From an uncultured Candidatus Saccharibacteria bacterium (GTDB lineage Bacteria; Patescibacteriota; UBA1384; 2-12-FULL-50-11; DASWYB01): DNA of 64,000 bases. The translations under genes and the position numbers were made by a program. Shown piece by piece: positions 37,815 to 48,056 of this stretch. The notes below the pieces were generated by a model. The model searched no databases and was not told where the DNA came from. It saw nothing but the letters and a program-made list of their open reading frames with translations. The stretch is taken from contig CAYJRF010000001.1 in assembly GCA_964372935.1 (NCBI GenBank), forward strand, positions 8,993 to 72,992. The letters are read 5' to 3'. Position 1 is the stretch's first letter; every line of letters starts with the position of its first letter.

Positions 37815-39398
37815 ATGAATCCCGAAAGCTCACCAAGCCCCGAAGACATATTAGCCCAGCAGGCCCGCTATGCCGAAGAGCGACGGTCGGAGGTCGCGAA
37901 TCAGGAGTTAACGCGCCGCTTTGACGACATGAAGTCCCAGCCGCGGCCCCCAGTTTCAACCGATAGGGAGTGGCAAAACCGCCACGCTCCGCCAAGTGAC
38001 GAAAGAAGCCGTACTGTTGCCGCCTTAGAGAACGTCCGGGCCAGCATTGCCGATCTGCCCGAGGGTTTAATCAACCCGGCAACACGCCAATATATTAAAA
38101 GTTTGGAGACTCGATTGGCCGAACTGCCCGAGCCAACGGTGGCGAGTCCGGCGCGGGAGGGTGAGCCGTATCCGCAGCATCCCTTGAAAGAAGAAGCCGA
38201 AATTGGCGCCGACAAGCTGAACGAATTATACCAGCGCGAGAGAGAGGTGATCGAGCAATTCGGTACGGATCTGGCCCGATCCACTGACTTGGAGTCTCGA
38301 CAGCGAGATCGCCCCCGCTACGATTGGCGTAAGAATTTGATACTCGAGTATCTTTTACCCGACTTTATTCTTAGTTGCGAGCGGCGGGCGATGGAAGAAC
38401 GGGGGGATGATGTTCCCTCGTCGGCCACCCATGCTCTGGAGACGGTGGAGCAGACGCTCAGGAAGTTATCTGACCAACTCGATGAATCGCGTAGGTCCCC
38501 AACCTCAAGTGGTGATTATGTTCCCTATCTCTCCGACAGATTAGGGTCGCAGGAAGGTTCGCAGGCGTACGACGTCTTCCTGCTGACTCTGTTATGCGAC
38601 AATCGTGGGTCCAAGGGGAGTCATGTCCCTACCTACCGCGAGGGCGATCAGAAAAATCGGGTTCGTTATTATCGTCCCAGGGAAAGGGAGCATAGCGGCT
38701 ACTTTCGCCCAGAGGAGCATTTAGGATCGCTTACGCCTCTCTTTACCAGGCACCCGGAAGTGGGGCGGCTGGTGGCGCTTGTCCAAGAAGCGGAACGCCG
38801 GACGGGCGAGCGAGATTCGTTCTTCGCGCCCTCTGTTGAGCCCCGCTATGCCATAGTGGAAGATGACGCCGTAATGCTCGATAATCTGGTGAGGCGTTTT
38901 CAAGCCATGAACGCCGAACGGCTGGAGGAAATAGCCCGCCAAAGGGACCGCGTAACGACCCTGAAAGACGGTATCTTGCGCCTGGGAGAACTGTATCACT
39001 ACCTCCAGGAATTCGGACAAGCCCTCGAGAACAATCAACAGACTTTAGCCCAAGCTACGAGGGGTAGGCGGGAGATGGAGCTTGACTTCAACCACCTTTC
39101 TTTGCGCCGCCCAGAATTTTGGCAGTTTGCCAGGCGTCGGGAGTTAAACGTGGCGGAGGCGAATCTGGAAGAAAGTCGGCGTTGGGAAAACCAGTGTGCG
39201 GAAACGGTTCAAACCACCCAGGAGAAATCGGAAGCCATACGCCAAGAGTTCAATGACCTCCACGGTATGATAAAAAGAGAGTATGGGCTGTATTATTCGC
39301 GAAACGAGGTAGGGAAGGCCGATGATTTTTTGGAAACCGAAAACAGACGATTGACTGAGCTTGAAGGGTTTGTGGCGCATCCAATCGAGTCGGGCTGA
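37815..39398 (+). CDS. Large charged hypothetical protein
   Basis: 527 aa, R/E/D-rich, predicted mostly alpha-helical, no P-loop or other catalytic motif; GC-rich. Confidence 0.5.
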   Translation: MNPESSPSPEDILAQQARYAEERRSEVANQELTRRFDDMKSQPRPPVSTDREWQNRHAPPSDERSRTVAALENVRASIADLPEGLINPATRQYIKSLETRLAELPEPTVASPAREGEPYPQHPLKEEAEIGADKLNELYQREREVIEQFGTDLARSTDLESRQRDRPRYDWRKNLILEYLLPDFILSCERRAMEERGDDVPSSATHALETVEQTLRKLSDQLDESRRSPTSSGDYVPYLSDRLGSQEGSQAYDVFLLTLLCDNRGSKGSHVPTYREGDQKNRVRYYRPREREHSGYFRPEEHLGSLTPLFTRHPEVGRLVALVQEAERRTGERDSFFAPSVEPRYAIVEDDAVMLDNLVRRFQAMNAERLEEIARQRDRVTTLKDGILRLGELYHYLQEFGQALENNQQTLAQATRGRREMELDFNHLSLRRPEFWQFARRRELNVAEANLEESRRWENQCAETVQTTQEKSEAIRQEFNDLHGMIKREYGLYYSRNEVGKADDFLETENRRLTELEGFVAHPIESG

Positions 39399-39460
39399 AC
39401 CAAGGGGTGACGCGACACGGCCTAGAGGAGTTAAGAAACGTTCGCCGATCGTTTGAACCG

Positions 39461-39736
39461 ATGAAGAAAGGGAAAATGAAAATAGTTATCGGTTGGGCGT
39501 CGTCGATTTTTGTGATCACACTCTTTATGGGGACGCTCTATGTTGTTGTTTGGCAAGTGTGGCGACAGAGCGCCAACGACCCTCAAATTACTTTGGCCGA
39601 GAGACGAGTGGCGACTTTGGGCTGGATGATCGCCGGTTCGTGGTTGGTCGGAATTGTTGGCGTCTTGATCTGGGACGGGCTGTTGGCCCTCGCGAGACAA
39701 AACAGCTCCACGACTCCAGAGCGGCGCTTGGAGTAA
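39461..39736 (+). CDS. Small membrane protein (2 TM)
   Basis: MKKGKMKIVIGWASSIFVITLFMGTLYVVVW... and a second helix LGWMIAGSWLVGIVGVLIW; immediately downstream of the 527-aa gene. Confidence 0.4.
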   Translation: MKKGKMKIVIGWASSIFVITLFMGTLYVVVWQVWRQSANDPQITLAERRVATLGWMIAGSWLVGIVGVLIWDGLLALARQNSSTTPERRLE

Positions 39737-39821
39737 TGACGCGTCCTCATGCCACCAGTTATGACTGGCGAGCCGGAAACTTAAGTTGACACGGAGTGAT
39801 GTTTCGAGCCTAATTAAGGTA

Positions 39822-40664
39822 ATGTCGCGCTCCGATATTCTTTGCCGAAACCTGCTGGCCACCGCGGCGTTTTTGGGAATTGCCACGCTGTTGGCCGGGT
39901 CGGCGCGGGCCAGCGTAAACATCACTCTGAACACCAAAGCATGGCTAAACGGGATTAGCAGTATCGCTAACGTTAACCTCGGACCGTTGGGAGTGTTGGT
40001 AACGGATCAATCGGCGCCCGCGCCTGTTGCCGGCGTTATCGCCAACTATCGTCCACCAACAGCCGGCCAGGCGGTTTGGGCCGGTGAGACTCAATGGAAC
40101 GCGGTTACCAACTTGCTGGCGCGTCGAGCCGAGGAGGCAACGGCCGCGAGATACGCTCGAGAGATTGTCGGCAAAAGCATAGCCGGGGCGGCCTGTTTTA
40201 CCAACCTTAATTTGCAAAGCGGGCCGTGCCGGGCCGATTGGCCGGCGGTGTGGTATTTTGACACCGCGGCTGGTCTCTGTCCGGCGAGCGGATTCCTCCT
40301 TAGCGACCTGACATTTTATTCCACCGGTACGATTATCAACTCGACAGGCTGCAACCTAAAACTGTCGGGGGAGATTAAAAGTCACGACGGCACACAAACC
40401 TTGGCGATTATTGATTTAGCCAAAAGCGGGGCGTTGACGATTGACGACTCGGCGATTCTCACTAATGTCGCGGTATTTTCCCGACGCCGAGTAATCATTG
40501 CGCCGCGAACAGGCGCTGTAACTCATCGCGCGAGCATTGTGGCGCAAGAGATTCAGTTTCCAGCGAGCGGCCAGGTGACGTTCGACAGTTCCCCAGCCCT
40601 GTTATTGAGTCCGCCGCCATTGTTGTCGGCGCCGCTCGGTGTTGCCGTTCGCGATGTTTGGTGA
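39822..40664 (+). CDS. Secreted hypothetical protein (signal peptide)
   Basis: N-terminus MSRSDILCRNLLATAAFLGIATLLAGSARA-SVN has a signal-peptide shape. The mature part is Cys-containing, Ala/Thr/Ser-rich and beta-like. It directly precedes the pilus locus. Confidence 0.45.
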   Translation: MSRSDILCRNLLATAAFLGIATLLAGSARASVNITLNTKAWLNGISSIANVNLGPLGVLVTDQSAPAPVAGVIANYRPPTAGQAVWAGETQWNAVTNLLARRAEEATAARYAREIVGKSIAGAACFTNLNLQSGPCRADWPAVWYFDTAAGLCPASGFLLSDLTFYSTGTIINSTGCNLKLSGEIKSHDGTQTLAIIDLAKSGALTIDDSAILTNVAVFSRRRVIIAPRTGAVTHRASIVAQEIQFPASGQVTFDSSPALLLSPPPLLSAPLGVAVRDVW

Positions 40665-40786
40665 ATTATTCCACCACGGTTAATTGACAAGGTTTTTCTC
40701 CATATGGCATGATGGAACGGAGGTAAGGAGGGTGTATCGAAGCGCCGCTGCGGGTAGATTCTCAAAGCGAGCCGGAAGAGAGTCGA

Positions 40787-41308
40787 ATGACGACGATCCG
40801 CGCCCGAGACCCCGTGTTTATTACGGGTGTTTTGACGTGCGCTCTCGTCTTGGCGGTCTGGTTGCTCTTGATGGTTTTGGGAGCAATTAGGGGTCGCGAA
40901 ATTTCCGCGGCCCAAGCCAGTTTGGACACCTTTGACCAAAAATTAAATTCCGATCCGTCGCTCAAACAGGCCTATCAAACGTATGTCGCCCTCGAATCGG
41001 TGGCGAATCAACTGACCGGGTTGCGTCAAGCGCGCGTTCTGTTCTTGCCGACGTGGAAAAAAATCAAATCGAGCGTGCCGAAGGATGTTAAACTAACGAG
41101 CGTGATGATGAGCGAGGGTAATCAATTTCTGGTGAGCGGCCGCGCGGCATCTCTTGGATCGGTGGCGGCATTCGTGACGGCATTGGACAGCGCCGGCAAT
41201 TTTGATTCATCTCAAACTCAAAACATCGCTTATCAGGAAGAAACGAAAGAGTATACTTTCACCTTGTCTTTCGCCTCGGTAATTCCCCCGCGGGCGGGAG
41301 CGTCATGA
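40787..41308 (+). CDS. pilN: Type IV pilus assembly protein PilN-like
   Basis: Bitopic: short cytoplasmic N-terminus, a TM helix (VFITGVLTCALVLAVWLLLMVL), then a periplasmic coiled-coil/ferredoxin-like region. Lies upstream of the pilO-like gene and pilB. Confidence 0.5.
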   Translation: MTTIRARDPVFITGVLTCALVLAVWLLLMVLGAIRGREISAAQASLDTFDQKLNSDPSLKQAYQTYVALESVANQLTGLRQARVLFLPTWKKIKSSVPKDVKLTSVMMSEGNQFLVSGRAASLGSVAAFVTALDSAGNFDSSQTQNIAYQEETKEYTFTLSFASVIPPRAGAS

Positions 41309-41841
41309 CCCGGAGCGTCGTTAGTTTTCTCCTGTTGCTGGCCGCGGCGGTGTTTGGCGTGACCCTGCTGTTACCAAAAATGCGTCAAGTGCGCGCCCTA
41401 ACATTAGAAAAGAACGCGTTGGTTTCGCTAGCGGAAACGCGGGCCCAACAGAAACGCAATTTGGATAGTTTGCAGGCAACATTTATCTCTCGCCGGGCCG
41501 AAATTTCTCAGATATTGGCCACTTTGCCCGATTCATCCAATCTGCCGGAATTGCTTGTTACCATCGAAGCCATGGGAAAAGAGAGCGGCGCGACATTCGA
41601 GTCGCTTGTTCCAAACACCGAGGCGCGAGACCACGTGATGCTTAACCTTACTGGCCGCGCTTCGCTGGCGTCATACGAGGCGCTGATGAACGCCGTGGCG
41701 GCCAATCATCGGCCCATGTCGGTCGAGAGTTATTCTCTCTCGGCCGGTAGCGACGTTAATTCGTTGACGTTTTCCGTGGCGCTGGCGGTACCGTTTCGCG
41801 CCGCCATTGACGCCGCCCCGCCAACCGAGGCGGCGCCGTGA
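41305..41841 (+). CDS. pilO: Type IV pilus assembly protein PilO-like
   Basis: N-terminal TM helix followed by a coiled-coil and an alpha/beta periplasmic domain; overlaps pilN by 4 nt. Confidence 0.45.
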   Translation: MTRSVVSFLLLLAAAVFGVTLLLPKMRQVRALTLEKNALVSLAETRAQQKRNLDSLQATFISRRAEISQILATLPDSSNLPELLVTIEAMGKESGATFESLVPNTEARDHVMLNLTGRASLASYEALMNAVAANHRPMSVESYSLSAGSDVNSLTFSVALAVPFRAAIDAAPPTEAAP

Positions 41842-42092
41842 AGCAATCGGATATGATTTCCGCAATAACTTTTGTTGTTTGCGTCGTTGGCTTGTTGGGC
41901 TACGTCGTGTATTACGCTTCGCCGCGCGAGCCGGGGAGCGTGGCCGAAGAAGCGAATGTGCCGTTTGGGACGATTGACACCGGCATTCTCGACAGTCGGC
42001 TGATTAAGGAAGTGCAGAGTTATCGGACATTTGGCCAACCACCGATTGTCGGCAATACTCCTTCCCAACGCGATAACCCCTTCGGGCCGTAA
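41838..42092 (+). CDS. Small membrane protein of the pilus locus (PilP-like?)
   Basis: 84 aa with one TM helix (ISAITFVVCVVGLLGYVVYY) and a 4-nt overlap with the pilO-like gene. Confidence 0.3.
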   Translation: MKQSDMISAITFVVCVVGLLGYVVYYASPREPGSVAEEANVPFGTIDTGILDSRLIKEVQSYRTFGQPPIVGNTPSQRDNPFGP

Positions 42093-42105
42093 TATTTCCC
42101 ACGTT

Positions 42106-43701
42106 ATGACACATTCTTCGCAGACAGCAACTTTGGCCAAGCCGTCAGTTCAGGGACGGGTTGATTTGGATAACGAAACTATCTCACTGGCTACCCTGCT
42201 GGAGTTGCCTCAAGAGACGGCGAGTGGTTATCGGGCGGTGTTGTTTCGCGAGCGGACAGACAAGAAAACGAAAGAGCGCGTTATATCGCTGGCGGTGGAC
42301 GACCCGTCAAGCGAAGCGATTGGCCGATTGGTCGGTTTTCTCGAGCACAATAATAAAGTTAAGGTTGAATTATACGAGGCGTCTCGCGATGCCATTGACG
42401 CGCAGTTGGCGCGATATCTCGGAGCCGAAACATCGCCGGATGCCAACGAGAGTTCTTCAATCGCCTCGCGCCAGTCGGCGGTTGAATCGGTGGGCGAGCT
42501 GGAAGCGGTCGTCCAGTCGGCCGTTGTGCCCAACATTATCAACGCGATTATTTTCTTTGCTCGGTCGCGCAAAGCGTCCGATATTCACATCGAACCGATG
42601 GCTGAAACGGTTCAAGTGCGTTATCGTATCGACGGAAGCCTAACGACGGTGTTGGCGATTCCGCGCTATTTTCGCCACGCCTTGATTTCGCGGATCAAGA
42701 TTCTCGCGGGGATGAAAATTGACGAACAGCGAATTCCCCAAGACGGGCGCTTTGAATTCGATCACCAGGGTCACAGCATTGACATTCGCGTCGCGACGTT
42801 ACCGACGGTTCACGGCGAAAAAGTGGAAATGCGGCTCTTGGATAAAGATGCCGGGATTCTTACTCTGGAACAACTGGGCATTACCGGAAACAGTTACGAC
42901 GCGGTCGTGCGGGCGATATCTAAACCGTACGGGATTATTTTTGCCACTGGCCCGACCGGCAGCGGCAAATCAACCACCCTTTACGCCATCTTGAATCGAA
43001 TTGCCAAGCCCAACACCAACGTCGTTACTCTCGAAGATCCGGTGGAGTACGAAATTGCCGGCGCCAACCAAAGTCAGGTCAATCCCAATATCGGCTACAC
43101 CTTTGCCGAGGGATTGCGGGCGGTGTTGCGCCAAGACCCGAATATTATCATGGTGGGCGAGGTGCGCGATCAGGAAACGGCTGGCATGGTGACCCACGCC
43201 GCTTTAACCGGCCACTTGGTGCTGACAACCCTTCACACCAACGACTCGGCCGGCGCCTTGCCTCGTTTGACTAACATGGGAGTAGAGCCCTATCTGCTCA
43301 CATCGTCCATTAACGCCATCATCGCCCAAAGGTTGGCGCGCAAGTTGTGCATCGCCTGTCGCCAGCAGGTGGAATTGCCCCCGGCATTAATCGACAACGT
43401 TCGTTCCGAACTGGGACAACTGAAAAATTTTCCCCAACGAGATCAGTCAAGTTTCACTTTCTACCAAGCTGTCGGTTGCGGTGAGTGTACCGACGGCTAT
43501 GCCGGCAGGATTGGATTGTTTGAAGTTCTCGTTCCCGACGAGACGATTGAACAACTTGCCCTGGTCAAACAGTCGGCCAGCGCCATCGCTCAAGCGGCCC
43601 GCGTCGCTGGCATGATCACCTTAAAACAAGACGGCATCCTCAAAGCCCTGAAGGGGATTACTTCAATCGACGAGGTCTTGCGCGTGACGACCGAAGAGTA
43701 A
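42106..43701 (+). CDS. pilB: Type IV pilus assembly ATPase PilB (GspE family)
   Basis: Walker A GPTGSGKST, Asp and His boxes, a tetracysteine CxxC...CxxC motif and an N-terminal GSPII_E N-domain. Confidence 0.85.
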   Translation: MTHSSQTATLAKPSVQGRVDLDNETISLATLLELPQETASGYRAVLFRERTDKKTKERVISLAVDDPSSEAIGRLVGFLEHNNKVKVELYEASRDAIDAQLARYLGAETSPDANESSSIASRQSAVESVGELEAVVQSAVVPNIINAIIFFARSRKASDIHIEPMAETVQVRYRIDGSLTTVLAIPRYFRHALISRIKILAGMKIDEQRIPQDGRFEFDHQGHSIDIRVATLPTVHGEKVEMRLLDKDAGILTLEQLGITGNSYDAVVRAISKPYGIIFATGPTGSGKSTTLYAILNRIAKPNTNVVTLEDPVEYEIAGANQSQVNPNIGYTFAEGLRAVLRQDPNIIMVGEVRDQETAGMVTHAALTGHLVLTTLHTNDSAGALPRLTNMGVEPYLLTSSINAIIAQRLARKLCIACRQQVELPPALIDNVRSELGQLKNFPQRDQSSFTFYQAVGCGECTDGYAGRIGLFEVLVPDETIEQLALVKQSASAIAQAARVAGMITLKQDGILKALKGITSIDEVLRVTTEE

Positions 43702-43707
43702 CCGACA

Positions 43708-44769
43708 ATGGCAAACCCCCAAGAATATTTTCGCGACCTAGTTGCCACCGCCCAGAACCAGCGGGCAAGCGACATTCATTTGATTAGCGATTCTCCGCCG
43801 ATTATTCGCCGCGATGGCCGCTTGTATTCGGTTGGTCAGCCGTTGCATTCCCAGCACGTGGCCGAAATTTTAAGCGCCATTCTCCCGCCGGAGCGTTACG
43901 CCCAGCTGGTTCAAAAGCGCGAGCTGGACTTTTCTTTTGCCTATAACGGTTTGCGTGTCCGGGGCAACGCCTATTTCGAAAAGAATAATCCGGCAACGTC
44001 GTTGCGCCTGATTTCGCCCGAGGTGCCCACGCCGGACAATCTTGGGTTGCCCGAGGTTCTGTTGAATTTCACCAACACTTCTCAAGGCTTGGTCTTAATT
44101 ACCGGTCCGACGGGACACGGCAAGTCTACCACCATGGCGGCCTTAGTTGAGCGGATTAATGCCAGTCAAACCAAGCACATCATTACTCTGGAAGACCCGA
44201 TTGAGTTTGTGTTTAAGCCTCAAAAGTCGATTATTTCTCAGCGCGAAGTTGGGAGCGACACGCTTAGCTTTTCGGCTGGTCTGCGCGCCGCCTTGCGCGA
44301 AGATCCAGACATTATCATGGTGGGCGAAATGCGCGACCTCGAAACGATCGAAACCGCCCTCACTTTGGCGGAAACCGGGCATTTGGTGATGGCGACCATG
44401 CATACCAACTCGGCCGCTCAAACCGCCGATCGGATTATCGACGTCTTCCCCGGCCACAAGCAGCCCCAGATTCGTCTCCAGCTCGCCAGCGTGTTGGTCG
44501 GCGTTATTTCTCAGCGGCTTCTGCCGCGGATTGGTGGTGGGCGGGTGCTGGCGGCCGAGATTTTGGTGGCGACACCGGCGGTGCGTAATCTGATTCGCGA
44601 AGGCAATATCTTCCAAATCCCAAACGTCATTCAAACCAGCGCCGCCGACGGCATGGTGGGCTTGGACGGCAAGTTGTCCCAATTGGTTAGCCAAGGGATG
44701 ATAACTCTCGATGAAGCCCTAATTTGGTCTCTCGACCCGAAAAGTCTCAAAATGCAACTGTACCATTAG
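43708..44769 (+). CDS. pilT: Twitching-motility/retraction ATPase PilT
   Basis: Walker A GPTGHGKST, about 350 aa and no N-terminal extension; PilT-type AIRNLIRE motif. Confidence 0.85.
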   Translation: MANPQEYFRDLVATAQNQRASDIHLISDSPPIIRRDGRLYSVGQPLHSQHVAEILSAILPPERYAQLVQKRELDFSFAYNGLRVRGNAYFEKNNPATSLRLISPEVPTPDNLGLPEVLLNFTNTSQGLVLITGPTGHGKSTTMAALVERINASQTKHIITLEDPIEFVFKPQKSIISQREVGSDTLSFSAGLRAALREDPDIIMVGEMRDLETIETALTLAETGHLVMATMHTNSAAQTADRIIDVFPGHKQPQIRLQLASVLVGVISQRLLPRIGGGRVLAAEILVATPAVRNLIREGNIFQIPNVIQTSAADGMVGLDGKLSQLVSQGMITLDEALIWSLDPKSLKMQLYH

Positions 44770-44772
44770 CCC

Positions 44773-45834
44773 ATGTCGTTTTCCAGTTTGTCGCTATTTG
44801 GCCGTGTCAGCCCGCGATCGCGGGCGAATTTGACGCGACAACTGGCGATTATTATTTCGAGCGGCTTGCCGGTGGCGACGGCGCTCCAAATGGTGTCCCA
44901 ACAGACTGGGGAACCTCGGCTAAAGGCGGCCCTAATCGTGATGACCCGCGACGTGGAACAAGGTCAGGCGTTTTCCGCCGCCGCCGCCCGATTTCCCGAG
45001 TTGTTCAGCGAGGTGATGATCGCCATGTTACGGAGCGGCGAGGCCTCCGGCCAGCTGGAGACTGTCTTTCCCCAGATTGCCGAAATCGCCGAAAAACAGC
45101 TCGATCTCCTTACAAGACTGCGCAACGCCTTAATCTATCCGGCGTTCGTGGCAGTAGTGGTGGTTATCGTGGCGATTATTACCACCGTGGTGATCATCCC
45201 GCGACTTACCGAGGTGTTTGACGCCTTGGCGGGTGATTTGCCCTGGAGCACGCGTATTTTGATCGCTTCAAGCCGGATTGTTCTTAACTATTGGTACATA
45301 ATTCTGGCGGTAGGTGGGGCGACGATCTTTTTTCTTCAGGCTTATTTGCGAACGGACGATGGGCGGGAGGTAATCTATCTGTTAGAGCGACAGGTGCCCC
45401 TCGTTCGGGACTATGCCGCGAACGTTCAATTGGTCCGATTTGCCATGATTTTCTCGATGTTAATCCGAGCCGGAGTAACTTTGCCCGAGGCCCTGCGCTT
45501 GGTTGGCACCACCGCGACCACTCCCGCCTGGTCGAGGGCTTTTGGCAATGTTCGCCGCGAGGTGGAGCGCGGTGTCGGGTTGGCGGCGGCGATGAGTCGT
45601 CATGACGTCTTCCCCAAGAATCTGACGCAAATGGTGGCCGTTGGCGAGCAAACCGGCACGCTGGTTAAAGTTTTGGAAACCCTTGCCGTGGCTTACGAGG
45701 AACAAATGAATAACGACCTCAAGGCATTAACCTCACTCCTCGAGCCAACGATAATTCTCATCGTCGCGATGGGCGTCGGTTTTGTGGTGATTTCGATTAT
45801 TTTGCCGATTTATCGCGTGGCCCAATATTTGTGA
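44773..45834 (+). CDS. pilC: Type IV pilus platform protein PilC (GspF family)
   Basis: Two GspF repeats with 3 TM helices; typical position after pilB/pilT. Confidence 0.8.
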   Translation: MSFSSLSLFGRVSPRSRANLTRQLAIIISSGLPVATALQMVSQQTGEPRLKAALIVMTRDVEQGQAFSAAAARFPELFSEVMIAMLRSGEASGQLETVFPQIAEIAEKQLDLLTRLRNALIYPAFVAVVVVIVAIITTVVIIPRLTEVFDALAGDLPWSTRILIASSRIVLNYWYIILAVGGATIFFLQAYLRTDDGREVIYLLERQVPLVRDYAANVQLVRFAMIFSMLIRAGVTLPEALRLVGTTATTPAWSRAFGNVRREVERGVGLAAAMSRHDVFPKNLTQMVAVGEQTGTLVKVLETLAVAYEEQMNNDLKALTSLLEPTIILIVAMGVGFVVISIILPIYRVAQYL

Positions 45835-45882
45835 CTCACCGAGACCGATTGACAGACCAACAATAATTGCTACGATGAAAAC

Positions 45883-46383
45883 ATGACCAAACCGCTCCCT
45901 CGCTTTGCCGGCTTCACGCTAATTGAGTTATTGGCGGTGATTGCCATTATCGGCGTCCTTGCGACTGTGACGATTACCGGAATCTCCAGCGCCAGTAAGA
46001 GCGCTCGTGACGCGAGACGGAAGAGTGATTTGGCTTCCTACAAGCAGGCCTTAGTGCTTTATTACAGCGCTAATGGCACGTTCCCCGCCGCCAGTTCCGG
46101 GAGCGTTAACACGAACGACGCCAAAACTTTTTTGAGCGGCAAATTGCGTACTTACATGAAGAGTTTTCCCAACGATCCATTGGCGGGACGAAAGTATCAC
46201 TATCGTACCGATAGCAACGACTTTGTGCTTTATGCCGTTCTCGAAGATAATAACGCCAAAACCGATCCGGGGGTTAACTGCGCTACGGCCACTGCCGACG
46301 GCGGCTCTTTCCGAATGCCTAACGGCGTTGGTCAAATTACCGGTACGCCGGCCGGCCGGTGCTTTGTTTTGGTTAATGATTAG
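45883..46383 (+). CDS. Type IV pilin (prepilin with class III signal)
   Basis: N-terminal ...RFAGFTLIELLAVIAIIGVLA prepilin cleavage/methylation motif (G|FTLIEL). Confidence 0.8.
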   Translation: MTKPLPRFAGFTLIELLAVIAIIGVLATVTITGISSASKSARDARRKSDLASYKQALVLYYSANGTFPAASSGSVNTNDAKTFLSGKLRTYMKSFPNDPLAGRKYHYRTDSNDFVLYAVLEDNNAKTDPGVNCATATADGGSFRMPNGVGQITGTPAGRCFVLVND

Positions 46384-46404
46384 AAACAGAGCGGCCTAGG
46401 TCCC

Positions 46405-47238
46405 ATGATTTTAGAGCTAATCTGGTTCGGGGGCTTGGGTTTGGCCATGGGATCGTTTTTGACTTTGGTAGTCGAGCGATTCGATACCATCGAATCTATT
46501 TGGCGCGGGCGTTCCCACTGCAACTTCTGTAAAAAACCCTTGGGCTGGCGAGAGTTGGTGCCATTTCTGGGTTATTTTTTAATTCGAGGGCAGTGTCGCC
46601 AGTGCCAGCGAGCGATCCCGAAGATTTACCCCGTGTTCGAGTTGATCACGGCGGCGGTGTTTATGGTCACGCGGGCCGTGGCGACCAGTCCGACTAACTA
46701 TGGTCTCTTGGCGTTAGAGCTAGGTGTGATGTCGGTATTGTTGGCTCTGGTGTTTTATGACTGGCTCAACCAAGCCTTTCCGAGCTGGTTTCTGGCCACG
46801 GCCGCCGTGATGGTGGTCGGCTTGGTGGTCTACCGACACTTGACGGGCCAAATACCGCCCAAAATTGGCTTCAATCCAGTTTTTAGTTGGCTGGCCCCGC
46901 CGGACAACTTTTGGTTCTCCCGCATTTTGGGGGCGTCTGTTGGCGCCGGATGGCTTGGACTACTGGCGTTTCCGTCCCGCGGTCGCTGGATGGGCTACGG
47001 CGACGTCATCCTAATTACTATTTTAGGTTTTTGGCTCGGCTACCCCGATATTATCATCTGCCTACTGCTGGCGTTTTACGCCGGGGCGTTAGCCGGTCTG
47101 GCGCTAATGGCAATAAAAAAAGTTCCGCGCGATCATCGGGTGGCGTTTGGGCCGTTTCTGATTTTTGCCGCAATTGCCACCGACATTTGGAGACCGTTTT
47201 TCTTTTCGATTATAATTAGGCTGTGGGGCGCGGCATAG
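46405..47238 (+). CDS. pilD: Prepilin peptidase PilD (A24 family)
   Basis: N-terminal zinc-binding CxxC...CxxC (CNFCKK...CRQCQR) and a polytopic membrane domain. Confidence 0.8.
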   Translation: MILELIWFGGLGLAMGSFLTLVVERFDTIESIWRGRSHCNFCKKPLGWRELVPFLGYFLIRGQCRQCQRAIPKIYPVFELITAAVFMVTRAVATSPTNYGLLALELGVMSVLLALVFYDWLNQAFPSWFLATAAVMVVGLVVYRHLTGQIPPKIGFNPVFSWLAPPDNFWFSRILGASVGAGWLGLLAFPSRGRWMGYGDVILITILGFWLGYPDIIICLLLAFYAGALAGLALMAIKKVPRDHRVAFGPFLIFAAIATDIWRPFFFSIIIRLWGAA

Positions 47239-47309
47239 ATGGTGGCGTGACTGATTGTTGGCCGCGTCTCAAGCCGCCAAGGTAAGTGTGAATTTGAAAC
47301 TATGGAGGG

Positions 47310-48056
47310 TTGATGCCAAAGCGTTGGCCGGGGAAAAAAAAGGCGGTTGTTCATCGAGCGTCGGGGAATTATTCTGGCCTGACGCTTCTTGAGCTGGTCG
47401 CGACGATGACAATTATCGGCACGATAGCGGCGTTGGGGTTGCCCAGTATGAGTCGGTTGGCGGGCGGTTGGTCGGTGCGCAACGCCCAAGAGCGCGTGGG
47501 CCAGCTGGCCACGCGGGCGGCGCAGTTAGCTCAAGCTCCGGAAGACACTTTAGGTCGGACGACGATTGCCTACGGTATCCTCGCCTTCAACGCCCGCGAT
47601 GACTTGTCCCCGCACAATACCGTGGATGCTTCAGGGAACATCTTGGAGTGCAATGTTACCTTGTATGCCGGAAGACACAGGAGCTTTGTGGCAATCGTGG
47701 CCTACGATTACGACGCCGCTACGGGCAGTGTTAATTCAAGACTATTGGAGGGTTCAAAGCCGTGCGATATCAGACCACGAGATTTCTTCGTCCTGCCCGA
47801 GTCGGTGGACATTTATACTCCGCTGGGTCAGCCAGCCGCTTGGCTTTTGCCATTGGTAACGCCATCGGCCGCCACCCGTTGGGGCGCCACCGGTCACAAA
47901 CTGCCCACGCCATATCCCAATCCTCTGGAGGAGGGTGTCGAGCGACTCCAACTATACGAGACGGCATCGCCCGACAATTGTCTGTCGATTAACCTGCCGA
48001 CTCCTGACGGCGCGCGGACTTTCGAGGTGATTAATCGGACTGGCGTATGTCGATGA
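47310..48056 (+). CDS. Pseudopilin/minor pilin
   Basis: N-terminal ...SGLTLLELVATMTIIG prepilin motif. Confidence 0.65.
   Translation: MMPKRWPGKKKAVVHRASGNYSGLTLLELVATMTIIGTIAALGLPSMSRLAGGWSVRNAQERVGQLATRAAQLAQAPEDTLGRTTIAYGILAFNARDDLSPHNTVDASGNILECNVTLYAGRHRSFVAIVAYDYDAATGSVNSRLLEGSKPCDIRPRDFFVLPESVDIYTPLGQPAAWLLPLVTPSAATRWGATGHKLPTPYPNPLEEGVERLQLYETASPDNCLSINLPTPDGARTFEVINRTGVCR

Noticed and set aside
44143-44694. 183-aa minus-strand ORF
   Set aside because: Antisense within pilT; shadow ORF.
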